This document shows, piece by piece, positions 30,566-45,048 of a stretch of DNA of 64,000 bases. The notes beneath the pieces are model-generated. The model saw only the letters and a program-made list of their open reading frames with translations. It did no database searches and was not told where the DNA came from. The stretch comes from the human T2T-CHM13v2.0 reference genome, Homo sapiens: NCBI RefSeq assembly GCF_009914755.1, contig NC_060933.1; one strand, given 5' to 3'. Position 1 is the first letter of the stretch; each line of letters starts with the position of its first letter. Both the position numbers and the translations under genes were made by a program.

Positions 30566-32302
30566 AGAGACATTTCCTGATCTGTGGCTTTGTAAGTTGC
30601 TTTGGCGCCAGTCCCCTTATAGTGCATGGAAATCACAGGCTATGGGATTCTTTGGTAGGAGGACTCTGGGGTCCTTGCACATCCCTTCCCCAACTTTAGT
30701 TTTTTCCTATGTTGAGAAAAATCTTTGCTAAATTAGCAAAATTGTCAGAAAGGAAGCAAAGCCTAAAATGAAAGAAATTAACATAAAGTTTAGCTACTAA
30801 AATTTTGTGCTACCACTAATTTCTGTTGCATTTTAACTTTGTTCCTTGCTGCGACTCTTTAAAGACAAAGATAAGTCTATATATTATAACAATAAATTTT
30901 ATTATTCATAAGGCTAAAGTTTTTCATGCTTGTTTTAAGACAAGGTAGAAGTGGATATTTAGGTTTAGGCAGTATGTAATAGATCTCTCTAAAACCATAA
31001 AATGCAAAATCATTATTGAGCACATTAGAAGGAGATTTGGGGCTATCTGCTTAATCATCTGCTGTAAAGAAGAAAAATTTAAACCTTCTGATCTGTAAAT
31101 TAAAAGTCTCTCAAATCATTCTATAAGTGTAATTCCCCTCTGTGTTCCTAATGTGTCAATTACTTCTGTTAATTTTTCAGTGAAACAATGGCCCTTATCC
31201 CATACTCCTTATAACATTCTTTGACATGTTCATGGACCTCAATCTTGTTCGTTTCAGCCCATATTACTGCCTCCAGCTTTCTCCATGGGATAAACAGTCT
31301 GGCTTTTTCTACTCAATAACAAAAAATAAAAATCAATTTTTTGAGGGGAAAAAGGAAGTGACTCCTTTTTAAAAAATAAAATGGATTTTTTATATAAAGG
31401 GACAGTATGATAGTAATGCATGACACAGGTCACCTTTAGTTCACATGTCTTATTGTAGGAAGACCTCATTTAATCATCTGAACTAAAGATAAACACTTTA
31501 ACGACTCACTTTTTGAACACTTTAGTGTCTGCAGAAAGAAGCTCAATCTACAATATAATTAAATTTGTTAAAAATTTCTCAGCCTTGAATTCATCATCTT
31601 ACAGTGGGGATTCATAATATTGACTTTATGGGGTTGTGAAGATAGTTTTTATGTATTTTTTTTAAGAGATGGGGTCTCACGCTGTAGCCCAGGCTGGAAT
31701 GTAGTGGCTTGATCACGGATCACTGCAGCCTTGACCACTGGGTCTCAAGTGATCCTCCCACCTGTCTCCTGAGTAGCTGGGACTACAGGCATCTGTCGCC
31801 ATGCCTGGTTTTTTTTTTTTTTTAAGAGATCAGATCTCACTATGTTTCTCAGGCTGGTCTCAAACTCCTGGGCTCAAACTATCTGCCTGCCTTGGCCTCC
31901 CGAAGTGCTAGGATTACAGGCATGAGCCACCACACTTGGCTGTTGTTAATTAATATGGAATTTCAACTTCCATCACTCCTGGACAAGTCTTAGCTCTTAA
32001 AGTCTTAATGCCAGATCTCTCTGGCCACAGAGCTAACAATTCAGACTTGATGCCTCTGAGCACTGCTGTGAATATTCAAGCCTGCTGTGAAACACTATAT
32101 GATCTCTGACCGTGTCTCCATTATCTCACATGGTTGATATCATTTGCCATTCTTAACATAGAAAAAAACTAAAGTGGGGGAAGGGATATGCAAGGACCCC
32201 AGAGTTTTCCCATCAGTGAATCCCATAGCCTGTGATTTCCATGCGCTATCAAGGGACTGGCACAAAAGCAACTTACAAAGCCACAGATCAGGAAATGTCT
32301 CT
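30566..32302. repeat. 153-bp inverted repeat (arms 30566-30718 and 32150-32302), spacer 1431 bp
   Basis: Manual alignment of arm 1 with the reverse complement of arm 2 is gapless, with 15 mismatches in 153 nt. Confidence 0.97.
31655..31940 (-). mobile_element. AluJ
   Basis: Antisense J-type Alu inside the inverted-repeat spacer. Confidence 0.88.
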
Positions 32303-33635
32303 ACTGGGGGTAAATGAAGACCAATATTTTCCAGTAAAGCAATTCAGCAACAATCCATGAGTGATGGTGAGGCCACATAGTATCTTGAATGCTAAATGGT
32401 ACACCCAGTGTACTGCCACCTCCTAGCTTGAACAGTCAAATCAGCACCACAGAGGCTCTACGGACAAATGAGAAAGACAAAATTGGTTCCATCTGAGGTT
32501 TTTGAAAGATTCTGTAAAAGTGCAAAGCTAGTCCTTTAGTCCTGTCTGAGGAATTTTGTCACCCCATCCTGCTGCCAAACTCTAAGTCCAGAGTATATTA
32601 CAAACTGATTTTTAAATGGGGGTTTATGTGGCTACATATTTTATTTTACTTCCTTTTGCTGTAGTAATGTCTTAAGAATTTGGAAGACCAGCTTACTGAC
32701 ACCAGGAGGAAGTCTTAACAGAATTACATGGTAAACAGGATTATGAATAGGATATAAATTGCAGTGTTAAACTCTTTGGGTACTATTTAATGTAATCAAA
32801 TGGCCATTTAACTCCTATTCTTCTCTCACTGATAAATCACCCTCGAGTGACATTTTAATCACCAATCAGCACCTCCAGCAGCAGCTTTTTTTGATTGTTC
32901 CAAAATTTCTAAGAGCTTGAGACATAGACTATTTTTCAAAATTTAAGTAAAGTCATTTTTATAAAATGCTGTGTGGTCTCATTTAGATCTAATGTGTGAA
33001 AGTAGGTAGCAGAGGCCACAGTCATTCATGAGACCAAAGTTACTGAGCCATGACATGTGGTCAGCAGGAACCCGATATTCTTAAGATGAAGAAAATATTA
33101 AAAGGAAAGAAAATTATGAAGAATGACTGATGAGGAAAGCAAAAGGCATGTGTCTATAATTTGAAATGGATGGTTGATGGCTTGACTGCTGGGAAAGAGT
33201 GGGTCATTATATCACAGTACATTAAATGACAATGGATTCATGTTAAAAGGGGCTATTTTATATTGCCTGGAATGTCTTTGCTTCCATCCTTATTGAGATC
33301 CTTCCCATTTATTAACCCCTCAAGAAATGCCTCATTCAGGATTCCGTAAGACCTCATCATTTCATCTGGAAAGACTTCCTTCCTCCGATTGCAGGAGAAT
33401 CATATTTTATTTAAACCCATCACAGGGCAGTTATCACATCCTACCTGGTAGTGTATATGCCTATGTGTTTTGAAGGCAGAAGGACAACACTGTCCGCTGC
33501 ATGTAATATGAGTTCAACTTTTGTATAAATAAATGAAATTAGCAATTATTGTGCCTTAAGCAGTCTCATAAAAAACAAGAACACCAACACACATTGATAT
33601 CTTTGAGCTCTTTCTATTAAAACTTAGACATTTCT

Positions 33636-33958
<323 letters not shown>

Positions 33959-34529
33959 TTATAGAGACTAGTGACTAGTTTCCTCCTTAAAAGGGAACAA
34001 AAAAGAGAGGTTAGGGACATCATTTTCTCATTAGAAATATTTAGAGTTGTGCCTTATAGCTCGTTTTTGGTTCTCTCTGGTTAAACATTTTTCTAAATCT
34101 TTAAACAAAGATATAGAAGACAAGCTTTATCCAATTCACAGAAAGCACAAATCCAAGAGGGTTAACTGTTATCACTGAGGACACAATCAAGATCCACAGC
34201 TTTGATAATCAGAGCCTGGAATGATGCACTGAGCCAGTAAGTTAGCTTCCAATAAGCAAAATTGTGTAACTCTACATTTCCCAAAAACAAGTGCATATGT
34301 ATGGAAAAGAGCAGATCTGCTTTCGCAGCACTTTATTTTTTAAAATAGTCTGTCTTCAGATGTTTGAAGGGGAGTGACTTGATGGTTCCAGGGTGCAGAA
34401 CCAGGGAGAATGTGTGAAAGTCTCAACTTTCAGAAAGGACTTTCCCTCAGTGCTGTCCAATAATGGCAAGAGCTGAGGTACAGACACAGAACAGGGTTGT
34501 TTGTTTCAGAGAGGGACTGTGGATTAGGT

Positions 34530-35032
34530 ACTTTCCGGGATCACTTTTAACTGTGCCCGACTGTCCCCTGCACACCTCTCCAACCTCTTCTTGCATGACT
34601 CTCCTCCTTGCCACTGACATGCTGGTCAAACTGGACTTCTTCCCATCCTTAAACTCACCATATTGCCAACCCCAGCTTCCAAGCCTTTGCAGGTTTTGTC
34701 CATTCTGTTCCATCTGCCATGAATGCCCTTCCCCACTGCCATCAACCACCTCATTTACCTGGCTAAATTCTACTCATCCTTCAGGCCTCAATCTCCCAAA
34801 CCAGTTTTATCTGCTCACATGGAATCCTGAAATACACTTTGCCACATGTTGCATATCTATAAGCATTTTGTCATTATTCGCAGCCATTAAAAAAAAAAGT
34901 CTGCTGTTTCTCCTGGTCTATAAACACCTTGAAGATAATAACCATGACTGTTCTGTTCACCCAAGTTCTTTTAGTGCTGATCATTGAATCTTTCACAGAG
35001 AAGCTCAATAAATATCAGTTGAGTGACTAAAT
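34530..35032. mobile_element. L2 fossil (3' part)
   Basis: ctggctaaattctactcatccttcagg...ctcaataaatatcagttgagtgactaaatg. Confidence 0.65.
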
Positions 35033-35400
35033 GCAAATACCAGACCTATTTTTTAAAATGGTGAGAGAGAGAGAGAGTGCACACTCCTCCACATGTTTGA
35101 ATGAATATGTCCTTCCTTTGGTGATGGTTCGCAGGCTCACTACAGTGCAAGCCCAGAGTTTCAAATTCTCAAATAAACATTACCCCTGAGGGGCCCCTTG
35201 CTACAATGGAGCAAAATCTTGAGAAAAACAAAATGATGCATCTCCTTATGCATTTATCTAAAACACCTATATGAGGAGAATCAGTAAAAAATGAAGACAG
35301 AATGATTTTCACATTGCCCTTGATTTCTCAATACCAAACAATTTCATAGTCTTGAGCTCACGGATCTGTGTCAGGCTTTTGGTCTATAAGAATCAAGTGA

Positions 35401-35843
<443 letters not shown>

Positions 35844-38800
35844 TTAAGTCGCTTGCCATGTTTGTTTTCTTTTCAGACATTACACTTGTATTAGCCGTCT
35901 CCCAAAGAAGAAATATTTATTAAACACTTGTACATCATGCTTCATAAACGAACATCTAGTGAGGTAAGTATCAATGACCTCATTTTACCCCTGAGGAAAC
36001 TGGCTGAGTAACTTGGCCAACATTACAGAGCCAAAGAACATTGTAGCCTATGATTAGAACCCAGGTGAAATTTTTTCAAAGGCCATTATTTTTTCCTACT
36101 GCACCTCTCTGATTTAACATTCCGGCCCTTGCGTCAATACTGCCTTCTGGTTTTAAAACAATCACTAATGCTTATTGGGTAATATAGAACCATCCTACCA
36201 TGTGATAATAAAAAGGGACATTTATGTAAAACAGAATTAAAGTATTGCTGTTGTGTTGTTGCTCTGTTGTCTTTCTAAGGTGTAGGATCACTTTAACAAA
36301 AAAGAAAAAATCTGTACTATGAAAGAGATTTGATAGGAAACGCCTAACAAATTTTAAATATTTGGGTGAATTTTCATCTGCGGTATCTATCCTTTCTGCA
36401 ATCTTCCTAACTTTACTGTGGTTTGAGTTTGTAATTTACCAAATAAATCATTTTTATGCTAACAAGAAACGTAGGCCTTAGAATGAAGGTAGCATGGCAG
36501 TGGGTGTGGGCTAATGAGGCAAAGTTGTGGCTCACATATTTTAAGAGAAGAGTGCACAGAGCATCTGTAAGTACTAAGCAGCTGATAATGTTTGATAGAA
36601 AGCAGGGAAGAGTTCCAGGAAAGCAGAACACCCAGTAAAGGACTTGAGGCTCAGTCGCTCCCTGAGCATTTATCTGTCCTTTGTTGCTGGGGAGCCAGAT
36701 AAGAAAGTTTCAAGGATAAACCTGAGAGTGAAAAGTGACATGCAGTCTTAGCAGCCTTTGGATGATGCACAAAAAGAGCATTTTGGGCATCATTTTTTAA
36801 TACACATTTTCCCCAAATATCATCACCTCCATAAATAGGCAGGTTTAAGGGAGAAACCAAAAACTATTTTTGGCTTCTGTAAAAACTTACCCATGAGAGG
36901 CAAAGAACATTTGTTTAAAAATATTCTAACTTAGCAAGATCCCTGTCCTCCAGTCAATAGTTTTCCACTCAAACATATTATCTTCAGACAGCTAGAGGCT
37001 ATGTTGTCAGAAAAGCACATAAATCACACCTATAATTTCTTATCTTGATGGCCAAGTTTTAGAGCCCTTTGAAATGGTGCCCCAGTCACTGCAGTGAGAG
37101 AAGCTGCATTACAGACAAAATATAGTATAGACAGTATTTCATTAGGGAGTGGGTTTTGCTTTGTTTTTTGTTTCGCTCGGCCCCTCAAAGATGTCTGTTT
37201 AAGCCTCTCACCTGGTAGCACAAAAGCTGTTGAATCACTTGAATGAAAGGGTCAGGTTGCAAGCTGTGCATGTGTGGAAGCTGTCAAGCCCTGTTCAGAC
37301 CACCCAGCTCTCCAAAGGAGTAGCGACATCAGATTCAGACAAGATAAGAGGCTGCCCTCCTATGTAACCTGGCGCAGGGAAACAGCCTTTCCAGGGAGTT
37401 ACGGGATCCCATTGTAAGGAATGGCTACATGCCCTGAAAAGATTACACTTGTCTAACTCAATATTCCTGTGGTCATGGTGCTTTGTGAGAGAAAAAAATA
37501 CATCTGAAAATTTTTGAAGAAAAGCAATTAGCGAAATCTTTAGGCCTATTCTCAGAGTAAATGCTGAAAAGCTCTCATAGCCCATATCTGTGTTTAGAAG
37601 ACTGAGTCATATCCATCAATGTCAGAATATCAGAGCTAGGAAGATACCAAAACTCATTTAATTCAACTTATTTTACTGATGAGGAAGTGAAGCTTTGAGG
37701 GGTTAGATGGCTCTTCCAAGGCTGGTTAGCAACAACTAAGATTTGAAACACCATGAGGACAAGGACCCTGCCTGTGCATGCCATCCCCAGTGGGCATTCT
37801 GAAATCCTTAAAAACTATCACAGAGCCTGGCATGTAGCAGGTGCACCTAAATGTTTGGAATGAGGAAAGAAAAGAAAGCAAGGGGCTCTGATGGCCATGT
37901 CCAGTTTTCTTTTTAATATAAATATTAAACGCCAGAAAATGCAAGGATGGGGATGGAAGCTGAGCTCTGACTTTCACATATTGTGAAATGAGAATTTTAA
38001 CACCATGGAAGAATCATTTTCTGTTTCTTCTCATCCCTGTGGGATGGTCCAATCCAAAAATCATTTTCTAGGAATGAGGCTCCTGAACCATTCCATGAAA
38101 TCAAGCTCAGTTTACCCAAACTCAGCCTCGCCCAACCCCTACAGCCCAGCAGCCCCAGGAGGCTGGGAAAGAATTAAGAACAGTCCTGGGTTTAAAGTTT
38201 CCAAAACAAACATTGCTTAGCCATGCGGGGGCAGATCAGGCCATATAGCCCAACATGTGAAAGCAGGGAACATGGTAGTCAGGTCCCTTTGCCCAACTCC
38301 TTTTTTCCCTCGTGGGAATGAAAAGGCAGAGATGAAAAGGGAAGCAAGAAAAAAAAAAGATGAGGTTGGTGGAAAACTGATTAAAAAGCCCTGGTTTGCC
38401 AGCCAAGCATGCAAAACCATGTTGCACATTAAGTTATGCTCAACAACAGCTCAAACTCAGGTTTCTTATTTAGATATAAGGTTTAATATTAACCAAGTAC
38501 ATGACAAGAATTTCATGTCAAGGACAATGTAGAGCAATGTTTACCCAAGTGTGACCCACCTGCTTCAGAATCACCTGGGAAGATTCCTGGCACCACTCCA
38601 GGTCTAAAATCCTTTGGGCCTGGGAACTGAGAACCTGCCTTTCACCAAGCAAATGGGGGTTCTTACACACAGTCAGTTTTGAGAATGCCTGATGGAGAGA
38701 AACAGCAAAGTTTCCTAGAGCTGCACTGAAGGCACCTTTATCAAATGTAAGCAGGGGGCTGAGGCACAGCTCTTCAAGCTTTACCTAGAGTCAGGAACAG

Positions 38801-39709
38801 CGGGTGTCAGTTTTCCAGAGCAGAAACCTGAAGAGCATTCGAATCACTAGCTCTGTTCTGTGAAGCAGCACCACAGAGGTTAATCTCTCCAGTAAGATTC
38901 CCAGGCTATAAACACCAATTGGCTCCCAGAAATGCTCTTTTTAAGCTTTGTAATGCACACCAAGCAACAAGACTGGGTGCAATAGTTTAAAAAAAAATCA
39001 GAAACTAAAATTAAATACCTTAAAAACAATAAACAATTTCCATAAGCCAAAAATTGTTTCCTGGATTTCAAAATAAAATGAAAAGAAACTCTTTACAACA
39101 GCACCAAAGTCTCTGGACCAAATCTCAGTACTGAGCAGAGAGAGCCTAAAAATCAGTCCAAAAACTTCAGAACAAGGCCATTTCTTTGCCTCCCCAGCAC
39201 TATCTCTCTTCCCCACAATGAAACAGAAATCATGTTTTTGAAAATATGTCTCCAAATATAACTAAACTTAAGCAAAGGTATCCAGACATTATCTCATCCA
39301 AATTTCTCTATGTTTGTACCATGAGGATATTATCTGTTCTGTTCATTTTTGTGTCTTTTCCCTTTGCCATTTCATTTAGCTGAGAAGAAACATTCTAATT
39401 TCAGAGGAAACAATTACACAGTTAAAAAATGGTTATTTCATTGGCAAGTGCCAGCACGGATGGACTGAGAAGAGTTAGAAATTTGTGTCACGTAATAAAA
39501 AGAATCTCAGTTTTGGCATTTGGTTTGTTAACACTGCAAGTTGCCATCTTCTGAGTTAACAGGAGAGTTAAACTTTTGCAAGCCTACTCTTGCAGATGCT
39601 TTGCATTGTTACTTGGCATTAATGATATCACACAAACAATCTCTGGGGCATTCTGCTAACAGAACATTCACAGTCACAATGAAAAGAAACACATAAAACA
39701 GATACTTAC

Positions 39710-40260
39710 AGGTAGTGGTTTTCCTTTCCAAGACAAAAAGTTAGAAACCCTTGGAACTGGCGGGCAGGATAAGAGTCACTGACACAGCAATCTGGTTTAA
39801 AGGGCTTTGAGAGGAAGGGGGAGGAAAAAGAACCCCGGGAAGGAAGAGAGCTGAAATTCCAGTCTTTCAGGTCAGCTGTGTTTGAGATTTCTTTTTACTA
39901 AAAATCCATTAACCCACCTCACAGAAAATACAGAATTGAAGTTCACATACACACTCCACTTTCTTTGCTGGTCTTCTCCAAGGCAGCTGCTGCAGCTTTG
40001 CAAACTTCCTGAGCGCCAAGCCTCAGGACTCCCTGTGAGAAGGGCATGATAAAGATGCCTTCTACTGTTTACACAGAGCCCGACCTCCCTGGCGGACAGC
40101 CACCGCTAGCCCCGTGCCTTCTGCTGGTTGGGTCCGCAGGGACAAAACTGAGCTTTTGTTAATGAGGTCGGTTGCCTCTTCCCAGTCTCTTCCCAGCTTC
40201 CTTTCTCACTACTAGTTTTGTACTAACTGCTCCGCCACTCGCCGAGCCAGAGCAGCCTCT
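39710..40260 (-). other. FREM1: Probable non-coding first exon (long 5'UTR) of a minus-strand gene, tentatively FREM1
   Basis: Repeat-free and GC-elevated, with a local CpG cluster at 40070-40265. Consensus donor CCT|GTAAGT has GT at 39709-39708. No credible ORF. Gene name is inferred from recalled adjacency of LDHAP4 and the FREM1 5' end and is unverified. The TSS position is approximate. Confidence 0.55.
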
Positions 40261-40269
40261 CCCGCCTGC

Positions 40270-40585
40270 AGCACACAGGCACACACACACTCAGACACAG
40301 GCACACACACATTCACAAATGGGCACACAGTCACATACAGACACACCCACTCACAGAGGTACACACACAGGCACACATACAAACACGATAGACACACAAT
40401 CACCACACACAGACACATACACAGGCAAATGCATTCACATGCATGCACACATAGTGACCCACCCCACACATGTGCATGCATTCTCACGCATGCTCCACAC
40501 ACACACGGGGGCACACACATACGCACAGGCCGCACATGCCCACACCCACACATGTACATACTCACACAGACTCTTCCAACACACT
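40270..40585. repeat. Degenerate (CA)n/(TG)n low-complexity tract
   Basis: About 300 bp of interrupted CA repeats. Confidence 0.95.
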
Positions 40586-41794
40586 TTTTTTCTGCCCTTC
40601 TTTTCTTCCAACACATTCCCATCTTCAAAGGTTTTTATTTAAATTTAGATGAGAAGCCCAGCATTCAGAAGGGACAGGGCCCGTTTTAACTTTTGTCATG
40701 GCATTTAAGGGAAAAGATAGGATGGAACTAGATCCTAAGGTGCTGTTTTTAAGTACCACCTTAGTTCTTCCATTTGTAAGGCTTTTTGTGTGTCTGGCTC
40801 TTTTCGAAAACCCATAAAAATCCCATTAATCTGATCCATTTGCATATAGTGCGTGATCCCAATAATGCAGATATATCACAGGCCAAGAACTGTCCTCTCA
40901 ACAGAGATTCACATAGTTAACTTGTCAGTATTCAGTGGTCTGTGAAAGTCTTAATCCTTAACAACTGTTTAATAAAATGCTTTCCTGTATTTTATTCCCA
41001 CCAGGAAAAAAAAAGATAATGGCCTACCATCTGGCCTTTTAAATTAACCATAAAGAGAGAATTTGAAGTATTAACTCACTTTGGGGGAACTGTTTATATT
41101 AAGACATGTCTGGCTATCCTAAACCTTTGCCAAAAATATAGAACACTGTGAATCCAATTCAACCTAGATGTGGTTTCCCGTAACAAGGTCACAACACCAT
41201 ATGCCTTTCTTTGGAAGCCATAAGGAAAAGAGAGAGGAAAATGAAAAAGGAGAAGAAAATTACATGAGGAAGGAAGAAAGAAAAGAGAAAAATGTAAAGA
41301 AGAAAAGAATGCATAAGAAGGGAGAAAAAAATTATGTATTTTAAAAACATGCTTTGTGGTTACTTTAGCAATGAATGGTGCATATACACTTACTCAAAGT
41401 CATCGGAGATTTCAAATCTTCAAGAATTTCTTGATTCATTTTATTTGCTCTGAGAATAAGTAGGTGAAAGTTAAGAATCACTAAGCTCTTTATAAGTGAA
41501 CAGATATTATTTACTAAACACAGTTATTATTAAATAAATATAGTGACAATGTGTGAGTCATATATTAATCCTGAAAAGGCAAGAAATAAAGCCTTAATAA
41601 TGACAGTTAAGAAACACAGCATAATAGACAATTTTATTCCCCAACTGATTTTCAAAATTGCCCAGGTTGTGAATATCTTACCTGCAAAGAAATGAAGATG
41701 GTTTTAGAAGCTGTTAGTTGAGACTCGGATTCCATTTGACAAAGGAATTGTATACTATGTACAAACGGTTGCATCAACATGCTTATTCTAACAT

Positions 41795-41915
41795 CTAAAT
41801 AAGGTTTATAGATTAGTCTAGAAACTAATAAGGTTTATAGATTAGTTTATAGATAGATTATAAAGTTTATAGATAGATTAAGAGCTAAATAAGGTTTACA
41901 GATTAGTCTAGAAAC
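41795..41915. repeat. 31-bp direct repeats flanking a patchwork of their own sub-fragments
   Basis: CTAAATAAGGTTTA(T/C)AGATTAGTCTAGAAAC at 41795-41825 and 41885-41915. Confidence 0.9.
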
Positions 41916-42919
41916 AGAGATAAATGTCTTTATATCACTTCTATGGGAAAAATAACTTAAGCATGCTAAGCAAAAAATAACAAACTTAGATTGTAAAGTA
42001 TTTCAAAAAGTCCGCAGGAGATATAATCTTTCCAAAGTTAATTATATACATGAAGCTTGGCCTAACTGTGCTGAACATATTCTGAAATAGGCAGTTAAGA
42101 GTTAGATCAGTCAAAATGTCCTGAAATCTGAAGTACCTGTTTATACAAATGTCATTCCTTCTATCTGCCACAAATGAATAAGGGCCTGGAAATAATACAG
42201 TTATCAACTTCAATCAATAAAATACTGTTTGAACAGATTGAAATGCCAAGCTAGGGAATTTAAAAAGAACTAGTCAAAGAAACAACAAAGAATTCTTCCC
42301 CTAAAAGCATGTGCTGCTGAACTTAGTGCTGGCACAAAATTCATTTTTAAAGAAATCATTTTACTTCTAGCCCTAGTTGGAGTGATAATGAAAAATATCA
42401 AATGTGTGTTGGAGATTGGCATATCATTTTGGATTGTAAATATGAATGATTTTTGTTGAATTGCTGTAGAATGTAGCATTCTCTGAAAGGCATAGCCAAT
42501 GCCTTCACCAACAATTCATATAAAAAATTAGGAATGTGCCTATTAAATTTTGACGATGGCAGCAGACAGAAGTGTTATCTATTGCAACGTAAAGATAGTT
42601 TTCCACTGAGTCTCTAACACTAGATGGCCATGGGAAGCAATACTATGGCAAGAGAAGAGGATGAGTCCAGGAATAGAAAGGTTATACATACCACAATTGA
42701 AATAATAAACATGAAAACAAATAAATAAAGAAAAGCAATACAAACACCTCTGTGTACCAGAAAAGAGCAATAACACAGCCGATGAGAGGGTTTATAGGAA
42801 GAGCCTTGCTGACCTCAGACTTGGGAGCTGACAACGTGATTAGGGGTTATCAGGAAATAAAACCACCCCTGAGCAGGGCACAAGAGCAGCGTGCTCTGCT
42901 TGCCATGAGAGCGCTACCG

Positions 42920-43860
42920 GCCAATTTGACTGTCAACATGAATGCAAAATCCTAAATAACTAATTTACAAATCAAATTCAGCTCTGCTTTTTAAAAGACA
43001 ACATGACCAATAGCGATGAATTTTTCTTTCAGGATTGCAAGGATGTTTCAAAATCAGAACATCTAGCAGTTTAATATATTAAAGAAGGAAAAAAGGCATG
43101 ACTATCTTAATAAGTGCAGAAAAAAGACATTCAGTAAAATTTAATACTCATTCATTAAAAAACCAAAAACTGAAAACTATTAGCCAACTAGGTCTGGAAG
43201 GGAAGTTCCTAAATCCAATTAAAGACATCTTACTCCAATCTCCACAATTCAACATTGGATAGGAGATCCTAACCAACACAGTAAGTCAAGATAAAAAAAT
43301 GAGGCATAAAAATTTAAAAGGAAAAATAAACCTTTCATTATTTGCAAAAGATAAGAGTCTCTGTACAAATATGCAAAAGAATTTACTGTTTGAACTATTC
43401 AAAGAGTTCAGCAAGTTTGTTGGACATAAGGTCAACATACAAAAATAGATGGCGTTCATATATACAAGTAACAACTAATTACTGAAAATACTTTTTAAAA
43501 GACAGCTTTTATAATAGCAGCAAAACTTTAATGAGCCTGGTAATTCATCTAAATTAATTAAATTTGGGTAAAATTTCATGAAGAAAATAAAAAATTAATA
43601 AAGGGCATAAAAAATCTAGATAAATGGGAAGATAATATCAAACTGGTTGAGAAGACTTAATAATGTAAAAATGTCAATTCTCCCAAAATTAAAATTTCAA
43701 TGCAGTGTCAATTGGAATGCCAACAAGGCATTTTATATAAATATGTGTACACATATACACATTATGTACATATATGTTATATATGTATATTATATATACT
43801 ATGAAATATATAAATTATATGTATTTATATATTTGTATATATTTTGTGTGTGTGTGTGTA

Positions 43861-43899
<39 letters not shown>

Positions 43900-45045
43900 A
43901 CAAGCTGATACTAAAATTTATCTAAAAGAATAAAAACCAGGAATGGCCAAGACAAATTGAAGAAGATACATTTAATGATTAATTTCCCTGCTAAATATTG
44001 ATATTTTATATTATAAAGTTTTAACAATTAAGAAATTGTGGAATTTTCACAGTGATAGAAGGCAAAGAAAGAGTCTAGAAAAGCTTGGAAGCAGGTCACT
44101 CACATATAGCAACCTGGTGTATGACCAAGGTCAGAATAGAAGTCAGTGAAGAAATAATAGACAATCAATAATACGTTGACAGGACAATAGGTTATCCATA
44201 TGGAAAACATAGCATCAGAACTCTACTTCATATCATATATCAAAAAACATTAGATCTTTACCTCATACTATACACCAAAACAAATTGCAGTTGATTTGAG
44301 TATCTTAATTTGATAACAAAGCCTTTAACTTTTGGAACCAAAAAAATCAAGGAATATCTTCTTAATATCAAGGGAAAATTTCTTAAGTGTGATACAATAA
44401 GTAAAGGCTATAAAAGAAAAACTTGATATATTTTATATAATAATTAAAATTTCCCATGGAGCAAAAACTTAAAAGTTTTTTTTTTAAAAAAAAAACAGAA
44501 ATTGGGAGAAGGTACCGAAAATGAAAATAAATTACAAAATCTTTATGCTCAAAATTTAAAGAAGCTTCTGAAGCCTATACAAATCATTAAGAAAAAAATC
44601 TTAATATTCTCCTTTTATTAAAGGAGAAGACACACAAATGGCTAATAAATACATGAAAGCATCCAATTACACAAACAATCAGGCCAGTACAAATGGAGAC
44701 TAAAAATGAGACTCTCTCAGATAAATAAAACGTTTAAAATCTTACAATAAATTAAATCTGGTAAATTAAATAAATTAAATCTGGTAAAAGATAAGCGGGG
44801 GGAAAACTCTTAGTTGCTACTGGAAGTTTTAAATAGACACAAACACTTAGAAAGTAGTCTGACCATTTCTAGTAAAAGTAAATATTCCAAAAACCTTAAA
44901 TTAGGCATTTTAACTTCTAGAGTTACACTTAGATTCTCATATGTGTACAAAAAGTCTTATACCTGACATTCTTTGCCATTGTAATTGAAAAATATTGAAA
45001 CAACCATCATCTAAACCAAAAAGATGTTGAGTAAAGAAAGCAAAT
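42920..45045 (+). mobile_element. Old, heavily decayed L1M (ORF2 to 3' region), with a TA/TG microsatellite at about 43735-43893
   Basis: Residual ORF2-like text ([13 protein letters not shown] in ORF 43647) and A-rich sense strand. Confidence 0.75.
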
Positions 45046-45048
45046 TGC

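Noticed and set aside
30557-32306. Inverted repeat as the TIRs of a DNA transposon (CAGT...ACTG ends)
   Set aside because: The 8-mers flanking it (ACACAAGT and GGGGTAAA) do not match, there is no TA duplication, and the spacer has no transposase remnant.
34463-34987. 174-aa ORF
   Set aside because: It lies in an L2 fossil and shows no recognisable domain.
36884-36896. Minus-strand donor TGG|GTAAGT as an internal exon
   Set aside because: No convincing acceptor or ORF to pair with it.
40172-40689. Overlapping His/Thr-rich and Cys/Val-rich ORFs
   Set aside because: Artefacts of the stop-poor CA/TG tract.
41676-41690. Minus-strand donor CAG|GTAAGA as an upstream exon
   Set aside because: An isolated motif with no supporting promoter or acceptor; expected by chance in 64 kb.
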